Source: Patescibacteria group bacterium (GTDB taxonomy: Bacteria; Patescibacteriota; Patescibacteriia; UBA9934). Taken from it: 64,000 nt of DNA. Under the pieces are notes generated by a model that saw nothing but the letters and a program-made list of their open reading frames with translations, was not told the DNA's origin and made no database searches. The stretch lies in assembly GCA_038064675.1 (NCBI GenBank), contig JBBTSM010000003.1, positions 102,663 through 166,662 of the forward strand. Reading direction: 5' to 3'. A program made the position numbers and the translations under genes. Positions 43,951-51,501 of this stretch are shown one piece after another; position 1 is the stretch's first letter, and every line of letters starts with the position of its first letter.

Positions 43951-44466
43951 TCAGTCGATGTACGTGACGGTGTTGTGTCGCGCGTACGTGATGCCGATGC
44001 CGGCACCGACCTGGTTGGTGAAGTACCGCACATCGTGGTACTCAGCTCCCCCAACCCCGAAAGTACCGTAAGGCACCAGGATGAAATCGGACGAGAGCTG
44101 GAAGCGCGGCCCGACCTTGAGCTCAACCAGAGCCCGCGTGTCGGTAAGGTCACCGAACACCTCGCTCTCGAAACGGGCGGAGATCCGCATATCGATACGG
44201 TCGGCCTCGATCCCGAGGCCGAGAAGCACCGCCGCGCCGAAGGAATCACCCTTCGCCAGCGTCAGCCCGTACCCGACGATCGGAGCAACGATGAGTCCGC
44301 TACCCGTCTGGAACTCGACGCCGCCGGTCACGAGGACCTCCCACGCGGGAAGAAACTCGCGGCCCTTGGGTGCGGAGAGACTGAGGAAATCACGCATCTG
44401 GACGCCAGTTTCGACGCCGGCCGCGAGGCTTGCAGCAGAGGCAAAGGACGAAAGAAGAAGCAACAT
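43951..44466 (-). CDS. signal-peptide-bearing beta-barrel outer-membrane-like protein
   Basis: Signal peptide MLLLLSSFASAASLAAG. Alternating hydrophobic beta-strand pattern. Gly-rich. Confidence 0.35.
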   Translation of the reverse strand: MLLLLSSFASAASLAAGVETGVQMRDFLSLSAPKGREFLPAWEVLVTGGVEFQTGSGLIVAPIVGYGLTLAKGDSFGAAVLLGLGIEADRIDMRISARFESEVFGDLTDTRALVELKVGPRFQLSSDFILVPYGTFGVGGAEYHDVRYFTNQVGAGIGITYARHNTVTYID

Positions 44467-44586
44467 CAGAACTCCAGGGGTAGGTTCGGTGCGCAGCCAA
44501 GCAAAGAAACTTCGCTGACCACCGAGCCTACCCCAACCGATCTGAACAATAAATAATAACAGAAAAATGCCGTTTTGTCAACGAAT

Positions 44587-44612
44587 TTCGCAATATTCTT
44601 CGCAAATATTCG
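44587..44612 (+). promoter_or_regulatory. tandem direct repeat TTCGCAATATTC / TTCGCAAATATTCG in the divergent promoter region between the OMP-like gene and rpmB
   Basis: Read directly. Candidate -35 TTGACA lies just downstream, and TTGCCA-17-TAGCAT further on. Confidence 0.2.
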
Positions 44613-44724
44613 CCAAGAAATATGTTGACACCCTAAAAAAACGACCGATTCCCTGTCCACCGCTGAGATTTGCCAAATTTATAGGGTTCAGGTAGCATTC
44701 CCGCATTCGAAACCATCTCTACTT

Positions 44725-44955
44725 ATGAGCAAAGTCTGCATGATCACGGGGAAAACCCCATTGACTGGCAACAATGTCAGCCACTCCAACGTCAAATCGA
44801 AGCGTCGCCAGATGCCAAATTTGCAAAAGAAAACGGTGATTAACCCAGCAACCGGCAAGCCAGTGGTGCTCATGGTTTCTAGCCGCGGCATCCGCACCCT
44901 TGCAAAGTGGGTACGTGAAGGCAGCAAAGTCGATCTCCGCTACTTCATCGAGTAA
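44725..44955 (+). CDS. rpmB: 50S ribosomal protein L28
   Basis: MSKVCMITGKTPLTGNNVSHSNVKSKRRQMPNL. Confidence 0.8.
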   Translation: MSKVCMITGKTPLTGNNVSHSNVKSKRRQMPNLQKKTVINPATGKPVVLMVSSRGIRTLAKWVREGSKVDLRYFIE

Positions 44956-44962
44956 TCAATAA

Positions 44963-44993
44963 ACCAAAAACGCCCCGAGCAATCGGAGCGTTT
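44963..44993. terminator. bidirectional terminator ACGCCCCGA-GCAA-TCGGAGCGT flanked by A and T runs
   Basis: Read directly. Confidence 0.45.
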
Positions 44994-45003
44994 TTGTTTT
45001 TCA

Positions 45004-46002
45004 TTAAGCTTGTGTGTAGGCGCCGTCCTTGTACACGACTTCCCCGTCGATCGTGACGGTCGTCACATCGACGAACACATCAACGTGGTACTTACTCGAT
45101 CGCTTCGGGAATCCTTCCTTGGTATACACCGAATGTTTCTGGCCAAGGGAAAGGTGAATGCCGCACATGCGTTCGTAGCTCCCAATATCGGTGAGCCTCC
45201 TATTTCGAGTGAGCGCACGGTTCATACCAAATCCAAGTTCGCGAACCCACAAAAGCTCATCGGCGCGAATCTGATCCATCACCGCGGTGAATGATTCTGG
45301 CGGATGAATCGCTTCAACAAGAATGCCGTTTTCGATGCGAACGAGTACGGGCTCCGGTGGGACGATCACATGAAAATCTGCATCGGCGTATGCAAAGAGC
45401 TTCGCGAGCCCGTTTGCTTTGGAGAAATCCGCAGCCTCGGTGAACACTTCGCCGATCGGAAACATTCCTCCAGTATTTTTCATTCCCGTGTAATCGCCAG
45501 TATTCAACTTCGCGGACTCGAACGGGCCGTCGTACACCAGCTCAGTTCCCTCGCAGGAAACGATGATCTGTTTCGCATTATCGATCTTGTTCTTCAACCA
45601 CGGCCCAACGGTGTGATAGTACTGTTCATCGTATGCGAGAGAATCGAGATAGATTTCGTGCTCCTCTTCTGGCATGCGGCCAAGGTGTGGATGTTCGATG
45701 ACGGCAAGATTGCGATTGAACAGTTCAAGACGGAATCGGAATTCGTTCAAACGGAAACTGCCCGATTGAACGAGGACGACAAGACCTCCTGGCGCCAATG
45801 TATCAATCGCGGCGCGGACCGCATCTGGTGTTGTGTCGTCAAAATTGATTTCAATCGCGTTCGTCAAAACATTCCGATACGCCCGAGAAAGACGGGTGGA
45901 AAGCGGCGATTGTTCATCGAAGACAATAATCGACGGATGCGCTACATCGATCCGAAATGCTTTGGTGATGATGTCGAAGATATTTTGCTCAAGAACGGAC
46001 AT
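45004..46002 (-). CDS. hypothetical protein
   Basis: ORF track; no confident motif. I suspected an aminopeptidase-like fold but could not support it. Confidence 0.4.
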   Translation of the reverse strand: MSVLEQNIFDIITKAFRIDVAHPSIIVFDEQSPLSTRLSRAYRNVLTNAIEINFDDTTPDAVRAAIDTLAPGGLVVLVQSGSFRLNEFRFRLELFNRNLAVIEHPHLGRMPEEEHEIYLDSLAYDEQYYHTVGPWLKNKIDNAKQIIVSCEGTELVYDGPFESAKLNTGDYTGMKNTGGMFPIGEVFTEAADFSKANGLAKLFAYADADFHVIVPPEPVLVRIENGILVEAIHPPESFTAVMDQIRADELLWVRELGFGMNRALTRNRRLTDIGSYERMCGIHLSLGQKHSVYTKEGFPKRSSKYHVDVFVDVTTVTIDGEVVYKDGAYTQA

Positions 46003-46116
46003 AGAAAAAAATCATATCTGAAATCTGAAGAATTGTCACATTTCCTCCGACCATCCACAGCCAGAGATTCCTCCCCGTTTTAATCATGAGACAATCGCCT
46101 TAGCCACGGAGAGTTC

Positions 46117-47361
46117 ATGGCACAGGAACTGGCGGTTACCCACGCCCGCCGGATCCATGCCTTGGATCCGCGCGAGCTCAGAGATATTTTCAGCGATGTG
46201 GTGTGCGAGCCCTACACCACCGTACAGGCGTTGGCATGGGGATCGTACGTACCTGTTGCACAGGTGCGAAAGACGTTTCAGGACATTGAGCACCTCGCAA
46301 AAGACATCGCGCTTCGCGGAATGCTCAATCCGCAAACCGTGTTCGCGTTCCCGCTTCCCGTCGCAGAGCGCTACGTGCGCGCAGTGAACGTGATGTGGGG
46401 AAGCAATCACACCATCGCGGATCTTCCCAGAGGAACGTTCCGCGACGAACCCGTCTGCTTCATTCTCATTGCCGGTGAACGGCGCTTTCGAGCGCTCCAT
46501 CAGCTGTGGATGACGGGATGTGAACGTTGCCGTGAAACACACGGGAACGAGTCCGAAGGAACGTGCTTCTCTCGGCATTTCCCGCACGCGCTCGTACCCG
46601 TGAATCTCAAAGTGGGGTTCACGCCCTACGATGCGCTCACGGACCAATTCGCCGAGAACACCCACCACCGGCCACAGCCGGCCGAGGAAGCTGTGGGTTT
46701 CCGCGTGTTCTACGAGTTGATGCGCGTTCGGGAACCGACGCTTGAGGTGTCCGCATTCGCACGGCGCATTGGGCACAATCCGGAACGCGTTCGCGCAGCA
46801 CTTCGCTACACCACACTCCCGGAGTTCATCCAAGAAGCCGTTACCGAGGGGAAAATTCCGTACTCCAGCGCCCTCGCACTGGAGCGGTACCATCGGGAAC
46901 GCGCATCAGAAGACGAGCTACGGTACTGGCTCCAACGAGCCATTGCAGAAGCGGAAATGTCGGCGCACAGGCTGGAAGAACTTCTTCGGGAGGACATCCA
47001 GCACTGGAGATCGTCGCAACTCGGCTTATTCGGGAGCGCAGTCAACGCACTTGAGAAGACGAAGACGCGCGCAGTGTTCGACACGGCAATCAGTCGAGCC
47101 CTCGATCGCATCAATGGATTTCTTTCACACGCAGTGAATGCGCGAAAGAACGGACTCATTGGCGACCGGGATTCCCCTTTCGCCTCGGGATCGATCGCAC
47201 ACGCAGTCGTCCGGATCTACGATCTTCTCGACGGCATCGTTCCCGCGATTCGTCGCGACCTCACACGACAAGAACAGAAACGCATCGAGGGAACTCGAAA
47301 CGGTCTGAACGACGACATCACGTGGATTCGGGAACGCACCGATGACACGGACGTCAACTGA
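46117..47361 (+). CDS. ParB/Srx-fold (ParB-like nuclease domain) protein, GC-rich
   Basis: N-terminal FILIAGERRFRALHQL (the GxRRxxA motif). Confidence 0.45.
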   Translation: MAQELAVTHARRIHALDPRELRDIFSDVVCEPYTTVQALAWGSYVPVAQVRKTFQDIEHLAKDIALRGMLNPQTVFAFPLPVAERYVRAVNVMWGSNHTIADLPRGTFRDEPVCFILIAGERRFRALHQLWMTGCERCRETHGNESEGTCFSRHFPHALVPVNLKVGFTPYDALTDQFAENTHHRPQPAEEAVGFRVFYELMRVREPTLEVSAFARRIGHNPERVRAALRYTTLPEFIQEAVTEGKIPYSSALALERYHRERASEDELRYWLQRAIAEAEMSAHRLEELLREDIQHWRSSQLGLFGSAVNALEKTKTRAVFDTAISRALDRINGFLSHAVNARKNGLIGDRDSPFASGSIAHAVVRIYDLLDGIVPAIRRDLTRQEQKRIEGTRNGLNDDITWIRERTDDTDVN

Positions 47362-47367
47362 CGACGA

Positions 47368-47400
47368 AGGGCGGCCAGCAATGGCCGCCCGTGTTGTTTT
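47368..47400. terminator. terminator GGGCGGCC-AGCAAT-GGCCGCCC followed by a T-run
   Basis: Read directly. Confidence 0.5.
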
Positions 47401-47402
47401 TT

Positions 47403-48035
47403 TTATTCCCTCACGTCACTCACCGCTTTTTCAACCACCGTCTTCCCCCTTCCTGCCGCCATTGCTCGAAGCACGATGTAAACCACAATGATGATGAAGA
47501 GGCCGATGCCTACCCAACGCAACCCTCGATGAATCGAGCTCCAGAACTGTCCAAAGAAAAATCCAATGGCAAGGTATGACGCGGACCACAAGACACCGCT
47601 CGTGATGTTCATCACCATGAACGAGCGCCATTTCATCTTGAGCGCGCCGGCAATAAACGGAACGAACGGACGGAGTGGACCAATGAATCTGCCAAGGAAC
47701 ACACCGGCTACACCGTATTCGTGCATAAACTTTTCTGCACGATCGACTATGTTTTGTGCAAACAACCGTGGAAAGCGCTTTGCAGGATCAATCCCCTGTC
47801 GGCCAAGAACAAAGCTAAACACGTCGCCGAGAATAGCGCCAATGGCGCCAATGAGAATTGCATCGCCGATATTGTAGATGCCTTGCGAGATAACGAAACC
47901 GAACAGCACAACGAACGTTGCACCTGGAACAAGAATGCCCACAACGGCGATGGATTCCCCGAATGCAAATGCAAACAGCAAGGCGTATGCCCAATTGCCA
48001 AGCTGTGAGATCCAGGGAAGCCAATGATTAAACAT
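47403..48035 (-). CDS. DedA/VTT-domain membrane protein
   Basis: FGESIAVVGILVPGATFVVLFGFV. Confidence 0.55.
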   Translation of the reverse strand: MFNHWLPWISQLGNWAYALLFAFAFGESIAVVGILVPGATFVVLFGFVISQGIYNIGDAILIGAIGAILGDVFSFVLGRQGIDPAKRFPRLFAQNIVDRAEKFMHEYGVAGVFLGRFIGPLRPFVPFIAGALKMKWRSFMVMNITSGVLWSASYLAIGFFFGQFWSSIHRGLRWVGIGLFIIIVVYIVLRAMAAGRGKTVVEKAVSDVRE

Positions 48036-48600
48036 ATTGCGTAGGAGGGTGCTCGAATGTAATCAACGGCATGTGGTTTTTCATGATGTCCTGCGGAATA
48101 CCGAGCTCTTCGAGATACACGGTAGAGACCTCACAGAACTTTGCGTCGGCGTAATTGAATCCAAGAAGTTCCGACGCCGTGCGAACCGTCGCCTCGTCGT
48201 GCGCTTCGACCTCAACAAACGGTCGGAGACCCGGCCATGTGTCGATCGTCACCTCCGCACCGTTCAACATCCATGCCTCGCGCAATGTTTCTTGATACGC
48301 CTTCTTCTCCGCGCCGATTGCCGACAAGAAATCCACAGCGTTGTCGAAATCATCAACCGTCACCATCACTTCTTTCTGATCCTCAATTGCACTACCATTC
48401 ACCACCTTCAACGACATCGTAATCGTCTCCCCCTCGTCGCGAACCCGCATCCAGCCGCCAGGAATAGCAATCGGCGGGTTAAACACCGTTCGCCGCATCA
48501 ACGATTCCTTTTTTACAAGCGTTCCGCCGACTTCGTGAAGCTTTGCCCGTACGGCGCTTTTATCGATCCCCGTAAATGTGGCCTCGAATTCGATTTGCAT
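48028..48600 (-). CDS. CYTH-domain protein (CyaB / thiamine-triphosphatase-like)
   Basis: Internal Met MQIEFEATF matches the N-terminal ExExK/F motif of CYTH. Confidence 0.45.
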   Translation of the reverse strand: MQIEFEATFTGIDKSAVRAKLHEVGGTLVKKESLMRRTVFNPPIAIPGGWMRVRDEGETITMSLKVVNGSAIEDQKEVMVTVDDFDNAVDFLSAIGAEKKAYQETLREAWMLNGAEVTIDTWPGLRPFVEVEAHDEATVRTASELLGFNYADAKFCEVSTVYLEELGIPQDIMKNHMPLITFEHPPTQYV

Positions 48601-48688
48601 AGAATATCCTTGAGGATAGCGCCCCCACGCTCTTCTTGCCAGGGCGCTCTTCAACATGATACGATTCGGCCGTTCTTTTCTGAGTTTT

Positions 48689-48764
48689 GCCGAAATAGCT
48701 CAGCTGGTAGAGCAACGGTTTTGTAAACCGTAGGTCACCGGTTCGAATCCGGTTTTCGGCTCCA
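48689..48764 (+). tRNA. tRNA-Thr (anticodon TGT)
   Basis: Perfect cloverleaf: GCCGAAA...TTTCGGC T CCA; anticodon loop TTTGTAA. Confidence 0.8.
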
Positions 48765-48765
48765 G

Positions 48766-48851
48766 GGGTTGGTACTCAAGCGGTCAACGAGGAGAGACTG
48801 TAAATCTCTTGGCTTGCGCCTTCGAAGGTTCGAATCCTTCCCAACCCACCA
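48766..48851 (+). tRNA. tRNA-Tyr (anticodon GTA), long variable arm
   Basis: GACTGTAAATC anticodon arm; TTCGAAGGTTCGAATCCTTC T-arm; encoded CCA. Confidence 0.8.
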
Positions 48852-48853
48852 TC

Positions 48854-48978
48854 AGAAAAGCTCATAAAATTGCCCAGGGCGTTGTCGTCGCCTTGCGCCC
48901 CGTCCTCACCGTACACTGTGGTACGCCTCGGACGGTGCTCGGCTCCTCCTAGCCCTGAACAATTTTATGAGCTTTTCT
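48854..48978. repeat. a perfect 19-bp inverted repeat (AGAAAAGCTCATAAAATTG / CAATTTTATGAGCTTTTCT) flanking an ~88-nt GC-rich core, directly after tRNA-Tyr
   Basis: Read directly. Could be a MITE-like insertion or a structured RNA. Confidence 0.5.
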
Positions 48979-49044
48979 CATTCACTTTGTGCCGATTCGT
49001 AAGAATTTGAAATGATAAGACCGGAAAAAGTGCTAAGTTTGCGT

Positions 49045-49105
49045 AGTGCTAGGAGCGGCGAGGATCGCAGCGAAACGTACTTCACGGTACGTTGAGCGAG
49101 AACCG
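49045..49105 (-). repeat. copy 3 (core only) of the MITE-like element, upstream of tRNA-Thr(GGT)
   Basis: GTACTTCACGGTACGTTGAGCG matches the reverse complement of the core of copies 1 and 2. Confidence 0.45.
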
Positions 49106-49149
49106 GAGCAAGCAACAACGCAATACGCAAACTTGGGCACATTTTCCCC

Positions 49150-49225
49150 GCCGCAGTAGCTCAGATGGTAGAGCGCATCCATGGTAAGGATGAGGTCTCG
49201 GGTTCGATCCCCGACTGTGGCTCCA
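49150..49225 (+). tRNA. tRNA-Thr (anticodon GGT)
   Basis: GCCGCAG...CTGTGGC T CCA; anticodon loop ATGGTAA. Confidence 0.8.
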
Positions 49226-49228
49226 CAA

Positions 49229-49258
49229 AACATCGACCAATCGGTCGATGTTTTGTTT
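49229..49258 (+). terminator. terminator AACATCGACC-AAT-CGGTCGATGTT plus T-run
   Basis: Read directly. Confidence 0.55.
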
Positions 49259-49375
49259 TAGCGCCTTCTTTACTTTCCCCCATTTTTCTGCCTATACTTC
49301 CCCGTCATGCTTTCGAGCCTGACAGCCCCGTGGCGAGGTTTCGCCGATTGTCCGCGTACAAAATCAGGAGCAGCC

Positions 49376-49954
49376 ATGCTCATCTCGCTTCTTCTCGGTC
49401 TCGCCCTCGCGCCCGAGGCGTCGGCAGCCACGCTGTCGCCGCAAATCCTCATGAAGGTCCACAGCCGGATCCACCTCGAGGGAGACGGCGACTGGGACTT
49501 CGGAGTATTCACAAGCGGGTTGATGATCACGAGCGGATCCCCCCTGTCCTTCTGGTACGTCGGCCCGGGAAAGCAGATCACCCCGTGGTGGTGGTCGAGC
49601 GTTCGTCCCGGCATCGTGTTCAACTTCCCGACCGGGGGCGACGCGATGCCCATCATCTCCTGGTGGAATTCGCTTGATCCCACGGATGATTTCTCGTTCT
49701 TCCTGGAGGGCGACTACTACCCCGTCAGCCTGAAGGGCAGCGATCCCATCTACTACGGGTACTACGGCGCAAGCTACACGCCGAAGATCTTCGACCTGGG
49801 CGTGCAAGCTGAACAGGTAAACCTAAGCCTGACGGCGGGCCCGCACGCCCTCATCAAGCTGGGCAAGTTCATCACCACCGGGGCGGAGTACTACTGGGAC
49901 TTCAAGAAAGGCCACACCGTCCGCATCATCTTCGACGTTGGAGCAGACATGTGA
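49376..49954 (+). CDS. secreted hypothetical protein, aromatic-rich; first gene of the GC-rich islet
   Basis: Internal Met preceded by a CAGGAG Shine-Dalgarno. Signal peptide MLISLLLGLALAPEASAATLS. Confidence 0.45.
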   Translation: MLISLLLGLALAPEASAATLSPQILMKVHSRIHLEGDGDWDFGVFTSGLMITSGSPLSFWYVGPGKQITPWWWSSVRPGIVFNFPTGGDAMPIISWWNSLDPTDDFSFFLEGDYYPVSLKGSDPIYYGYYGASYTPKIFDLGVQAEQVNLSLTAGPHALIKLGKFITTGAEYYWDFKKGHTVRIIFDVGADM

Positions 49955-50027
49955 CGCACCGCCCTCGGTGGCCGGCCACACGGGCCGTCCTCAGTGGGCG
50001 GTTTCGTGTTTTCAGCACCTTGTTTAA

Positions 50028-50056
50028 TTGATTCTTTCGTCATTTCCGTCTACAAT
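50028..50056 (+). promoter_or_regulatory. promoter TTGATT-17-TACAAT followed by the conserved leader GTTTGGTCCGCTCCTTCG
   Basis: Paralogous to the element at 50743-50772. Confidence 0.4.
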
Positions 50057-50131
50057 GTTTGGTCCGCTCCTTCGAGCCGACAACCTGCAGCGAGGATTCG
50101 TTGCTCCATTCTCACACCGCAGAGGTGCCCT

Positions 50132-50668
50132 TTGACGCATTTCATTTCAGATCTTCTTCTTGTTTGCTCCACCGACGAGGCAGAGCATTTCCTTCAGCCC
50201 ATGCTCAACGCGGCACTCGACGTCGTCCTGCCGCTGGCCCAGGTTCTGGACCCCACCGATACGGGCGTCGTGTTCATGTTCTGGCGCATCGGCGACGACG
50301 GGCACAGACCGCTCGTCGTGCTCCGCGGCGGCAATGTGTCGCCCGAGAAGGACGGCTGGTACATGGAGAACGCCATGCGGAAGCTGGCCGCGCTCGCGGA
50401 CAACCCGGGCATCGTCTCCACGGCCGAGGTCGCCAATCCGACCGTCGAGCTCTTCGGCGGCGGCACGCGGCTATTCGACGGGCGCCTCGCCTACATCTCC
50501 GCGGGCCTCAACTCCTGGTTCGACGAAATGGTGGACTGCATCATGGCCTGGAGCATCGGCCACACGACCGTAGCGGAGATGCGCCGCGTGGCGGAGATCA
50601 GTAAGAACCCGCATCTCAACGCCTACCTCGACGACCTCGAAGGGAAGCTCCGAAGAGTGCGACAGTAG
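50132..50668 (+). CDS. hypothetical cytoplasmic protein, paralog A (TTG start, MTHF...)
   Basis: High GC3 in this frame. Homologous to 50847..51386 from the first residues onward. Confidence 0.45.
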   Translation: MTHFISDLLLVCSTDEAEHFLQPMLNAALDVVLPLAQVLDPTDTGVVFMFWRIGDDGHRPLVVLRGGNVSPEKDGWYMENAMRKLAALADNPGIVSTAEVANPTVELFGGGTRLFDGRLAYISAGLNSWFDEMVDCIMAWSIGHTTVAEMRRVAEISKNPHLNAYLDDLEGKLRRVRQ

Positions 50669-50683
50669 CGCACGACAACGCAG

Positions 50684-50720
50684 CCCCGCGACGAGAGCCC
50701 CACGCTCCGGCGCGGGGTTT
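50684..50720 (+). terminator. conserved terminator CCCCGCG-ACGAGAGCCCCACGCTCCGG-CGCGGGG plus TTT
   Basis: An ~75-nt block duplicated at 51400-51436. Confidence 0.45.
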
Positions 50721-50742
50721 CTCAGTTTTAAGGAATTATTCG

Positions 50743-50772
50743 TTGTTTTTTCTCTCAATCTCTGTATAGAAT
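50743..50772 (+). promoter_or_regulatory. promoter TTGTTT-18-TAGAAT followed by the conserved leader GTTTGGTCCGTTCCTTCGGGG
   Basis: Paralogous to 50028-50056. Confidence 0.4.
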
Positions 50773-50846
50773 GTTTGGTCCGTTCCTTCGGGGCCGGGCC
50801 AGGGGCGAACCATCGCTCAGAAACGTATCGTCTAGGAAGGGCTCCA

Positions 50847-51386
50847 ATGACCCCGTACGAACTCATCGATTCCAACGGACCCGAAGCCGAAGTAGCGCTG
50901 CTCGCTGCATTCACACACGCGCTCGGTTGCGTGCTCCCGCATGTGGCTTCCCCCGCCGGGTCAAACGACCCGGAGGTGCTCCTCGCCTTCTACCGGTGGG
51001 AGTCCAAGGATCACGAGCCGAAAGCGTTCCATAGGCGGGCATTCGTCAGCAACGAGGCAGTCCCCAGCGGCTCCGTTCGAGGGCACATCGCGGCCACTGT
51101 CCCGATTGCCCAGGCATTCGGCAGCTACCATCTGGGCGCCTCGTCCCTCCAGGGTCGGGATGAAGCTGCCGGAGTGCTCGGTGGTGGGGTGCGCATCAAC
51201 CGCGATTTCGTCTTCATCACCACCGGCAAAATTCCTGAGTGGGCCCGGGAGATGGTCTCCATCCTGACGGCGGTGAAGCTCGAGCTCTTGAGCCCTATCC
51301 AAGCCCGTCTGATCGCACTCGCCAGCGACAACACACATCTCCTTCGCCACACCTTCGCCCAGGCTGAAACGGAAAAGGAAGGATAG
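50847..51386 (+). CDS. hypothetical cytoplasmic protein, paralog B (MTPY...)
   Basis: AGGAAGG Shine-Dalgarno 6 nt upstream. Shares blocks with paralog A: PEAE/DEAE, VLP, GGG(V/T)R, EMV. Confidence 0.45.
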   Translation: MTPYELIDSNGPEAEVALLAAFTHALGCVLPHVASPAGSNDPEVLLAFYRWESKDHEPKAFHRRAFVSNEAVPSGSVRGHIAATVPIAQAFGSYHLGASSLQGRDEAAGVLGGGVRINRDFVFITTGKIPEWAREMVSILTAVKLELLSPIQARLIALASDNTHLLRHTFAQAETEKEG

Positions 51387-51399
51387 TGCGACAACGCAA

Positions 51400-51436
51400 C
51401 CCCGCGACGAGAGCCCCACGCTCCGGCGCGGGGTTC
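51400..51436 (+). terminator. second copy of the conserved terminator block
   Basis: Aligned to 50684-50720. Confidence 0.45.
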
Positions 51437-51501
51437 TCTGATTTTAAGAAAAATTGTTCTTTCCCCGATTTTTTGCTACGATTCCCCCTTCAAAACTTCC
51501 T

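Noticed and set aside
46084-47159. Minus-strand ORFs 46084..46893 and 46806..47159 overlapping the ParB-like gene
   Set aside because: The plus-strand frame carries the GERRFRA ParB motif and GC3 bias. The minus-strand frames are Arg/Ser-rich artefacts.
49033-49233. Minus-strand ORF translating ...GDRTRDLILTMDALYHLSYCG...
   Set aside because: This is the classic antisense reading of a tRNA gene (tRNA-Thr-GGT at 49150-49225) plus the intergenic repeat.
50059-50604. Alternative plus-strand frames (50059..50604, 50160..50573) inside paralog A
   Set aside because: Arg/Pro/Ala-rich out-of-frame artefacts of a GC-rich gene. Homology to paralog B exists only in the 50132 frame.
49226-51450. A direct repeat of the tRNA-Thr 3' end marking an attR at the far side of the GC-rich islet
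   Set aside because: Only a 7-nt match (TCCCCGA) near 51455. That is too short to claim an att site.
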